Positions 25,526 through 32,984 of a stretch of DNA of 61,470 bases are shown here, one piece after another (position 1 is the first letter of the stretch; each line of letters opens with the position of its first letter). A program made the position numbers and the translations under genes. The notes below the pieces were generated by a model. It saw only the letters and a list, made by a program, of their open reading frames with translations, was not told the DNA's origin and searched no databases. The stretch covers positions 1 through 61,470 of the forward strand of contig JBGQHM010000001.1 of NCBI GenBank assembly GCA_041497995.1, read 5' to 3'. This DNA comes from Candidatus Binatia bacterium. Lineage in GTDB: Bacteria; Desulfobacterota; Binatia; HRBIN30.

Positions 25526-26252
25526 CATTCGGGGCTCGGGCGAGGCAACCAGAGTGATTGAACTGAAAGAAGGGGCGGAGGTGCTCGAGTATCAGGCAAG
25601 CGACGAGTATCTACTCACCCCAGGGCCCGAGGCGGACGCCCAACCTCTTCACCTTGACGATCGGGTTCAAGGGCTTCTGCTTGAGTACGTTCACGAGTTC
25701 CGGCAGCAGCAAGTCCTCGTGACTGGGGAGGCGCCGCGTCGAGCATCCCGTAGAGTCTACTGGGCCGTGGGGAGTCTCAGCGTGATCCTGGTGGCGGCAT
25801 TGGCGGTGGTGCTGCTGCAACCGGAGAGCGAAGCGGAGCGATCCGCAAGGCTCCATAACGCGAAGCTTTGTGGGGAACGTCAGACGGTAGTCATGCGCGC
25901 CATTGGGCGCTACACCCGCGACCACAGTCGGCCTCCGGAGAACCTCGAGGCCCTACGGCCCGGCTATCTCGCCGAGCCACCCGTTGATCCTGCCTCGGGT
26001 CTTCCGTACCGCTACTCCGCGCGGGGAGACGTCATTGGGCTCTCTTGCCCGAATCATCTGCTCGCACAGCAGCCGAGTCTGCAGGCGGACACGGCCGGCA
26101 CACGAGCGGGGCGCCGTGCTCCGGCCACCCCAGCAGCCGCCCGCCAACTGCGCGAAGGGCCTTCGGCGCGATCTGGCAGCCGGGAGTACTACGAAAGTTG
26201 TAGGTTAGCGCGCTGCCAGGCCCGGGAAATCGTACCTTTTGCCGATGGTTGA
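25521..26252 (+). CDS. bitopic membrane protein with GspG/pseudopilin-like C-terminal domain but no prepilin leader
   Basis: One TM segment (VYWAVGSLSVILVAALAVVLL), then LCGERQTVVMRAIGRYTRDHSRPPENLEALRPGYLAEPPVDPASGLPYRYSARGD. This resembles the L..Y..d.G.yP..L..LvpgYl...P.DPwG.pY.Y core of T2SS GspG. Alternative start at the GTG at 25554. Confidence 0.6.
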   Translation: MLIRGSGEATRVIELKEGAEVLEYQASDEYLLTPGPEADAQPLHLDDRVQGLLLEYVHEFRQQQVLVTGEAPRRASRRVYWAVGSLSVILVAALAVVLLQPESEAERSARLHNAKLCGERQTVVMRAIGRYTRDHSRPPENLEALRPGYLAEPPVDPASGLPYRYSARGDVIGLSCPNHLLAQQPSLQADTAGTRAGRRAPATPAAARQLREGPSARSGSREYYESCRLARCQAREIVPFADG

Positions 26253-26297
26253 GCTGCGCCGCGTGACGTACCCTGACTGCAGCAGGACTGACAGTCG

Positions 26298-26810
26298 ATG
26301 ACACCATCCGCAGCGCGTTCCCGGCCTCTGGCGCCACGGCGGCGCATTGGATTTGTCCGGGAGGCCGCCTCTCGTGGGTACAGCTTGCTCGAACTGTTGG
26401 TTACCATGGCGGTTCTTGCCATTTTGACCGGTACCGCGTTCCTCGGGTATCGCTCCAACCGGCTGCAGATCAACAATGCCCAACGCCTCGTCATGGGCAC
26501 TCTCCGCGGCGCCCGGGCCAGCGCGATCAGCAAGAGTGTACACTTTACCGTCGAGTTTGCCGCCAGTGACCGCCTCCTCGTGCAGCGCATGGTGCACGAC
26601 GACAGCGGCTGGCATGTCGACGCCACGAGTGTGCGCACGGTGCCGATCCCCGCACCAGCGTACGTGTCGTCAACCGCTGTGGGCACTCGGGTGGAGTTCG
26701 ACAGCCGTGGCGTCGCGGTCAACCTGTCAGCACCGCAGCAGATCGAGCTGCGCGACTCGTTTGGGGTGAGCAAGTCGCTCCAGGCGTGGCCGTCTGGAGA
26801 GATCCAATGA
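26298..26810 (+). CDS. prepilin-type minor pilin (GspH/FimT-like)
   Basis: Prepilin cleavage/methylation motif RG|YSLLELLVTMAVLAIL with Glu at +5. Confidence 0.8.
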   Translation: MTPSAARSRPLAPRRRIGFVREAASRGYSLLELLVTMAVLAILTGTAFLGYRSNRLQINNAQRLVMGTLRGARASAISKSVHFTVEFAASDRLLVQRMVHDDSGWHVDATSVRTVPIPAPAYVSSTAVGTRVEFDSRGVAVNLSAPQQIELRDSFGVSKSLQAWPSGEIQ

Positions 26811-27211
26811 ATCGGAGTGCCGAGCGCCCTCGTCGAGTCGCTCGTAACCAGCGGGGCACGACACTGATCGAGTGCGTTGTGGCGATCGTGTTGTTCGCGA
26901 TCGCCGCGGCGGCCATCGGCGACTTGCTGACGGAGCAGATCCGGATGCAACGCAGCAACGGGACAACGAGCACGGCGATCTCTGTGGCAGCAGGCGAACT
27001 CGAGGACGTTCGCACCCTGAACTATGCCAATATGGCCAACCGCTCGTCGACCACCGTCGTCGACGGCGTCACCTACAACCTCGAAACCAGCGTCGCAGCG
27101 AATGCGCCCCAAAAGAACATGAAGACCGTTCACACCACGGTGGTTTGGACCGAACCCACGGGCGCCAAGAGCTACACGCTGCATTCGATCTATACCGATG
27201 TCACGCACTGA
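26807..27211 (+). CDS. prepilin-type minor pilin (PilV-like)
   Basis: The ATG overlaps the upstream stop (ATGA). Motif RG|TTLIECVVAIVLFAIA with Glu at +5. Confidence 0.8.
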   Translation: MNRSAERPRRVARNQRGTTLIECVVAIVLFAIAAAAIGDLLTEQIRMQRSNGTTSTAISVAAGELEDVRTLNYANMANRSSTTVVDGVTYNLETSVAANAPQKNMKTVHTTVVWTEPTGAKSYTLHSIYTDVTH

Positions 27212-28031
27212 AGCCGGCCTCTCGCTCGTCGAGCTGCTTGTCACCATCGCGCTCATCTCTTTGGTGCTCGGCGCCGCCGGCGGCCTGGTGGCCGTGGCAC
27301 GTCCGAGCATCAAGCAGCAGATTGTCCGCATCGAGACGACACAGGCGCTGCGCGCTACGCTGGATACCCTGGCGCGCGACCTCCGCCTGGGCGGGGCGTG
27401 TTTGCCAACGAATGGGACCTTCGTCGCCTTGTCGGGCAGCGATGCAGGTGTGACCGACCGCATTGTTACCCGCCATGGCGTGGTGCGATCGGATCTCACC
27501 TGCGTGCGTACGGCCCTGCGCACTGACCTGCCTGCCAACGGCACTGACCTCGCCGTCGACTCCGCCGCTGGGTTCGCGGCCGGCATGTGGATCTACATCC
27601 GCCACCCCAACGGCACCGGCGAGTTCTTCAGTATCACCAACGCACAAGCGGCCGCGCGAACCTTGCAGAAGAGTACCGCGCTGTCGAAGGACTACCCGAT
27701 ATCCAGCGGTGTCTACGCCGTTGACGAACGCACGTACGCGATCGACACATCGGACCCAACTATGCCAACGTTCACGGTTGCCACGAACGGCGGGCCCGCG
27801 CTCCCGTTCGCATCCGGAGTGGAAGCGTTGAACATCCAGTATCAGCTGGCGCGCAATTGTCCCTCCTGCGACGTTGTCGACCTCCCTGTCAACGACGGCG
27901 AGTGGATGCTGGTAACCGAGATCAACGTCGGCGTTACGGTGCGCTCGCGCGTTGCAGACGCCCAGGGACAGTTCTTCCGGCGCACCGGCCGAATCAAAGC
28001 GAAGCCCCGCAATCTGCTGCCACGCGCATAA
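27198..28031 (+). CDS. prepilin-type minor pilin (PilW-like)
   Basis: 14-nt overlap with the upstream gene. Motif AG|LSLVELLVTIALISLVLG with Glu at +5. Confidence 0.8.
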   Translation: MSRTEAGLSLVELLVTIALISLVLGAAGGLVAVARPSIKQQIVRIETTQALRATLDTLARDLRLGGACLPTNGTFVALSGSDAGVTDRIVTRHGVVRSDLTCVRTALRTDLPANGTDLAVDSAAGFAAGMWIYIRHPNGTGEFFSITNAQAAARTLQKSTALSKDYPISSGVYAVDERTYAIDTSDPTMPTFTVATNGGPALPFASGVEALNIQYQLARNCPSCDVVDLPVNDGEWMLVTEINVGVTVRSRVADAQGQFFRRTGRIKAKPRNLLPRA

Positions 28032-28077
28032 ACCCGATGCAGCCGACGAGCAGATCACGCGCAAGGGTTGCTTCAGC

Positions 28078-30147
28078 ATGACTCCATCATCTCGCAACAA
28101 TCAAGCAGGGGTGGCACTCATCACGGTGCTGTTGGTTTTATCGCTCATTATGGTCATGGCGGTCTCCTTGACCACCTCCATCCTTTCGGACACCACCCTC
28201 CGGGGCGCCTTCGCTCGGGTTACCACCGGCTTCTACGCCGCCGAGTCCGGCGTGAACCACGGCATGGGCACCTACCGCAACATCTTTCTCAACTTTCGGG
28301 TGCCGAGCGGATCCGACCTCCTACCTACCAGCCTCACCCTCGGTAACCGCACGGTCACCTACGGCCTCACCGAGGTGCCGGGAAATCCGCAAACGATCGT
28401 GATCCCGGCCGGTCAACTCTTCGGCGGCCTCAACGCCATTCGGTACGCCTACACGGTGAAATCAGAAGCCATCTCCAACGGCGAGACCGAGGCCATCGTC
28501 GGGGCGCAGTTCGACGTGGACTACATCCCCCTGTTTCAGTTCGTCGCCTTCTATACGAACGATCTGGAGATCGAACCAGGCCCAGTTATGCGCTTGCATG
28601 GACGCGTCCACACCAACGGAAACCTCTACCTGAACGCCGGCGACCATCTGTACGTCGAGGACAAGCAGGGGGCCGGAGTCCCTGCCAACCAGGCCATTAC
28701 CACGGTGACGGTGTCCGCCAAGGGGGACGTCTACCGCGGGCGCAAGGACACCACCGATTGCACCGGTGTCGTCACGGTTGACGCGTTGCAGGACCTCGTG
28801 GCGCCGTCACCGGATCTCGATCCCCTCGATTTGGGTTGCGGTGCTGGTGGTACGCGCAAAGTGCCGGCAGCAGAGCTGGCGGCCTGGAAGGGGAGTCTGC
28901 TCGGCAACACGCGCGACCTTGCCGTCCCGAAACCGGACGTGACTGCCAAGGGTGGGGTCTTCTGGACGAACGCAGACCTGCGGATCGTGCTGCGGCTCAA
29001 CGCGAACGACAATCTGCCCGCTGGCCCCAACCTGCCCCATACGATCGAGGTCCAGGACGCTAGCGGCAATCGCAACGCGGCGCAGACCGCGGCCCTGCAC
29101 AACTTCATGACGGACGCCGTCTGGAATACGGCCAACAGCTCTCTGCCCGGAACCATGCCCGTTTTCTACACCGACATACCGACGGGGGCCGGTGGCTGCA
29201 CCTGCACGAACGCCAACGCGACCGCCTGCAACAACGGCGATCTTGTTTGCTACAATCCACCCTTCGCCAGCAACGGGCGCGTCTACGCCACAAGCATGGG
29301 CCCTGCGCTCGGCACCTTCGATCTCGACTACCGTCGCGGCGGTTTCTACAACTGGCGCGAACACAAGTGGCTGTATCTTCTGAACATCAACCTGCACGAT
29401 CTGCTGCTGTGGAATCAATCCAATGGCACCCCGTTTTTTGACCCAGCCGACCTCACCGACGGCGGAGTTGTGATCTACGTCTCGGTACAGGGCCCGGATT
29501 CCGCCGTGGCCAACAATTACGGTGTGCGCGTTTTTGGCTCCGCTAATCTGCCGTTCCCGCCACCACCCGGGGGAGACCCAACCGGGTTGACGGTAGTGAC
29601 TGATCAAGCAGCGTATGTGACCGGTGACTACAACCGCGGCCCCGTCGGCGCGGGAGATCTGCCCAAGCAACCGGCCGCGGTGATCGCCGACAGCCTGAAC
29701 GTGCTGTCGAACCGTTATTTCAGCTCTGTCTCTACCTACACCTGCGGCGCAACCTTCTCGAACGACTGCCAGAGTAATCGTTCGCTCACCGATGCGTCCC
29801 GTCGCGGTGCCGATACCACTATCAATGCGGCGTTCCTGGCTGGCGTGGACACCACCCTGGTCGGCACCTACAACGGTGGCCTTGAGAACTATCCGCGCTT
29901 TCAGGAGGACTGGGGCGGTTTCGCCCTGGCGTACCGCGGGTCCTTCGTAAGCCTCGGCACCCCGGAGCGTGTGAACGGTATCTGGTGCGGGACCGGCGGC
30001 AGCAGCGTCAGTGGCTGCAACATCTACGTTCCGCCGGTTCGGAACTGGGATTACGACGCCGACTTCAACGATGTGAAGAACATCCCGCCACTGGCTCCCC
30101 GCTTCGTCTCCGTCGAGCAAGTCTTGTTCAGCCAGGACCTACAGTAG
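28078..30147 (+). CDS. large PilX-N-domain pilus tip/adhesin-like protein (689 aa)
   Basis: Start MTPSSRNNQAGVALITVLLVLSLIMVMAVSL...FYAAESGVNHG, i.e. a PilX_N-type hydrophobic N-terminus without Glu5. This is followed by a long Gly/Asn/Thr-rich beta-rich region. Confidence 0.75.
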   Translation: MTPSSRNNQAGVALITVLLVLSLIMVMAVSLTTSILSDTTLRGAFARVTTGFYAAESGVNHGMGTYRNIFLNFRVPSGSDLLPTSLTLGNRTVTYGLTEVPGNPQTIVIPAGQLFGGLNAIRYAYTVKSEAISNGETEAIVGAQFDVDYIPLFQFVAFYTNDLEIEPGPVMRLHGRVHTNGNLYLNAGDHLYVEDKQGAGVPANQAITTVTVSAKGDVYRGRKDTTDCTGVVTVDALQDLVAPSPDLDPLDLGCGAGGTRKVPAAELAAWKGSLLGNTRDLAVPKPDVTAKGGVFWTNADLRIVLRLNANDNLPAGPNLPHTIEVQDASGNRNAAQTAALHNFMTDAVWNTANSSLPGTMPVFYTDIPTGAGGCTCTNANATACNNGDLVCYNPPFASNGRVYATSMGPALGTFDLDYRRGGFYNWREHKWLYLLNINLHDLLLWNQSNGTPFFDPADLTDGGVVIYVSVQGPDSAVANNYGVRVFGSANLPFPPPPGGDPTGLTVVTDQAAYVTGDYNRGPVGAGDLPKQPAAVIADSLNVLSNRYFSSVSTYTCGATFSNDCQSNRSLTDASRRGADTTINAAFLAGVDTTLVGTYNGGLENYPRFQEDWGGFALAYRGSFVSLGTPERVNGIWCGTGGSSVSGCNIYVPPVRNWDYDADFNDVKNIPPLAPRFVSVEQVLFSQDLQ

Positions 30148-30158
30148 ATTCGCTTCCA

Positions 30159-30173
30159 TGGCACGAGCGCTGC
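30159..30173 (+). promoter_or_regulatory. candidate sigma-54 (-24/-12) promoter upstream of the PilB-REC gene
   Basis: TGGCACGAGCGCTGC matches TGGCACG-N4-TTGC at all but one position, with correct GG-N10-GC spacing. It lies in the 295-nt intergenic region, about 270 nt before the ATG. Confidence 0.35.
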
Positions 30174-30442
30174 CCGGAGCGGGCGCAGACAAGAACGGGC
30201 ATCGGGGCCGCACCCCAGACCGCGTTCGATATCGGCACCGACGGGATCTTGATCCGCAAGGCTCTGCGAGTTGGGGTGGTGGTTCGGTTTTCGGCTCCTC
30301 GATCGAGTCAGTGCGTCTCTTCCGCCTAGCGGACCCCGCGGCAGCCGCGGCGACATCGGCGTGTCGCGACGCGTCCGGAATTGTCGGCGGGCCCTGACAA
30401 CCCTCGCGCCTTTTCGTCACCAGGCATGCGCATGCACCCGGC

Positions 30443-32908
30443 ATGCAACTTGCGGAGCGACTCGCGGGGTCGAGAACGAGAATGACGCACAAACAGGCGG
30501 CGGAGAATGGGTCGCTGTTGCGGTACTTGGCGCGAATAGCGCTCATCTCGAACGACATTGCGCAGCGCGCCGAAGCGGAGTTGGCGTGCCAGGAGAGTAG
30601 CGTGACGGCCATCGACTGGCTGGCGCGCAACGCTGGGGTCGGGGAGGACGCGGTGGCGGAGTCGCTGGCGCGGTCGCTGCGCTGGCCACTCGTCGACCTT
30701 GCCACCGTGGCGTTGGATCCGGCGGTGACCCGGCTGGTGCGCGAGGACCTCGCAACGCAGCACCAGATCGTCCCGCTGCGTGTGGAACAACACGGCCTCG
30801 TCATTGCCATGGCCAATCCGCTCGACCGCGGTGTCTTGCGCGACATCGAGTTTGCCACCGGCAAGCGGGTCCACGTGGTAGTCGCGACACAGACCGCAGT
30901 ACGCGACGCCTTAAGACACGCCTACCATCTCGACGATGCACTGAACGAATACTTGCGAGGGGTCCCCGAGGGAAGTGACTTCCACGTTGCAGAGCAGCGG
31001 GATGAACCGACGACCGACCTGTCCAACCTGATGCGCGAGAGCACGCTTGCGCCGGTGGTGAAGCTCCTCAACCTCATCCTCGTCGAAGGCGTGCGTGGAC
31101 GCGCCAGTGACATCCACATCGAAGCCGAGCCCACGGCCGTGCGGGTTCGCTATCGTATCGATGGCATTCTGGAAGAATCGCTGCGCTTGCCGAAATGGAT
31201 TCAGGATCCCCTCATCGCGCGCTGCAAGGTCCTCGCAAGGTTGGACATCACGGAACGACGCGTCCCGCAAGACGGCCGCATTCAGATGCGCTTCCGCGAA
31301 GGACTGGTCGATCTGCGCGTCTCTAGTCTGCCGACGCAGTTCGGCGAGAAGGTGACCATGCGCATTCTGGACCCGAGCAGCTCGCCCAGCGGGCTCGAGG
31401 CGTTCAAGCTGTCGCCGCGCGACCTGAAGGCCATCCGCCACGCGATTGTGCGGCCGGAGGGGATCATCCTGGTGACGGGCCCGACGGGGAGCGGCAAGAC
31501 GACCACGCTCTACGGCATGATTGCCGAGATCATCTCACCGACGCGCAACATCGTTACCATCGAAAACCCCATCGAGTACCAGATCGCCGGGATCAATCAG
31601 GTCGAGATCAACGAGAAGCAAGGGCTGACGTTCGCGCAGACGCTGCGTTCGATCCTGCGGCAAGACCCGGATGTGATCCTGGTGGGTGAGATCCGCGACA
31701 GCGAAACGGCGCAGATCGCGCTGCGCGCCGCGCAGACCGGTCACCTGGTGCTGAGCACGCTGCACACCAACGATGCGGTGTCGACCATCAACCGACTGCT
31801 CGATCTCGGCATTGAACCATACATGCTGGCGTCGTCCCTCAATTTGATCCTGGCGCAGCGGCTGGTGCGCCGGATCTGTGAGGCGTGCGCGGAGCCGTAC
31901 GAGCCTGAAGCCGAAAGCCTGCGCGCATTGCAGATCGGTACCGTGCTGCAGCCGCTCCGACGCGGTCGCGGCTGTCCGGCGTGCCGCAAGACCGGCTGGG
32001 CCGGGCGCCTCGGGGTGTATGAGGTCCTGCCGATCACACCGGCGATGGGAAAGCTCATCGAAACCAAGGCGAGGGAGAGTGCGCTGCGCATGCAGGCGCG
32101 CACCGACGGCACGAAGTTCCTGGCAGAACACGCCGCGGCGCGCGTCTCCGCCGGCCTGACCACCGCCGAGGAAGTGTTGCGTGTCGTTGACGTTGCCGCC
32201 GAGGCGCCGCGCTGCCCGGCGTGCGACCGCGAGGTCGAGGAGAACTTCACGGTCTGTCCGCATTGCGCGACGGTTCTGCAGTGCAACTGTTCGAGCTGCT
32301 CCATGCGGCTGCAGAAGGAGTGGCAGATCTGTCCGTACTGCGGTGCCCCCGCGAACCACGCGGCCGCCCCGGCGGCCGTCCCTTCACCCATGGCGGCGCC
32401 TCCCAGGGGCGCCGCTCCTCCCGCCGCAGCCGAACCCCGTCGCTACCGTGCGTTGGTGGTCGACGACCATGAGGATATGCGCCGGCTGATCAAGTTCACC
32501 TTGGACCACAGTGAGCTGCCGATCACGATGATCGGTGCCGCCAACGGCGCCGAGGCGCTCGAGGCGGCGCAGGCCGAGCCGCCCGATCTGATTCTTCTCG
32601 ACATCATGATGCCCGGTATGGACGGGTTCCAGGTATGCGAGCAGCTGCGCGCCAACGTCCGTACGGCCTTCATTCCCATCCTCATGCTCACCGCGCGTGA
32701 CGATCCGGGTAGTCGTGCCCGCGGCTTCATGGCCGGCACCGACGACTACGTCAGCAAGCCGTTCGCGCGCGCCGAGCTGTTGGCGCGCGTACGCCGCCTG
32801 CTCGAACGCACGTACGGAACATTCTTGCCCAAGGTGCCCGAGCCCGAGCCGGCACCTGCGCCCGCGGCAGACGCTGCGGGCGAGGGGCGACCCGCCGCCC
32901 TTCACTGA
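30443..32908 (+). CDS. GspE/PilB-family secretion/pilus ATPase fused to a double zinc ribbon and a C-terminal response-regulator receiver (REC) domain
   Basis: T2SSE N-domain (IDWLARNAGV...LVDL...IVPL...IAMANP). Walker A VTGPTGSGKTTTLY, Asp box, Walker B DPDVILVGEIRD, His box TGHLVLSTLHTND, and the tetracysteine CEAC...CPAC. Then CPACDREVEENFTVCPHCATVLQCNCSSCSMRLQKEWQICPYCG. The REC domain spans 32441-32807 (VVDDHEDM...LILLDIMMPGMDG...LMLTA...YVSKPF). The ATG at 30482 is an alternative start. Confidence 0.9.
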   Translation: MQLAERLAGSRTRMTHKQAAENGSLLRYLARIALISNDIAQRAEAELACQESSVTAIDWLARNAGVGEDAVAESLARSLRWPLVDLATVALDPAVTRLVREDLATQHQIVPLRVEQHGLVIAMANPLDRGVLRDIEFATGKRVHVVVATQTAVRDALRHAYHLDDALNEYLRGVPEGSDFHVAEQRDEPTTDLSNLMRESTLAPVVKLLNLILVEGVRGRASDIHIEAEPTAVRVRYRIDGILEESLRLPKWIQDPLIARCKVLARLDITERRVPQDGRIQMRFREGLVDLRVSSLPTQFGEKVTMRILDPSSSPSGLEAFKLSPRDLKAIRHAIVRPEGIILVTGPTGSGKTTTLYGMIAEIISPTRNIVTIENPIEYQIAGINQVEINEKQGLTFAQTLRSILRQDPDVILVGEIRDSETAQIALRAAQTGHLVLSTLHTNDAVSTINRLLDLGIEPYMLASSLNLILAQRLVRRICEACAEPYEPEAESLRALQIGTVLQPLRRGRGCPACRKTGWAGRLGVYEVLPITPAMGKLIETKARESALRMQARTDGTKFLAEHAAARVSAGLTTAEEVLRVVDVAAEAPRCPACDREVEENFTVCPHCATVLQCNCSSCSMRLQKEWQICPYCGAPANHAAAPAAVPSPMAAPPRGAAPPAAAEPRRYRALVVDDHEDMRRLIKFTLDHSELPITMIGAANGAEALEAAQAEPPDLILLDIMMPGMDGFQVCEQLRANVRTAFIPILMLTARDDPGSRARGFMAGTDDYVSKPFARAELLARVRRLLERTYGTFLPKVPEPEPAPAPAADAAGEGRPAALH

Positions 32909-32984
32909 GGCGAGACCGGGGGACGCGCAATGGCACCCCACCGCGTCATGCAACTCCTTGCCACGACGGCGGGAGTACGCGCGC

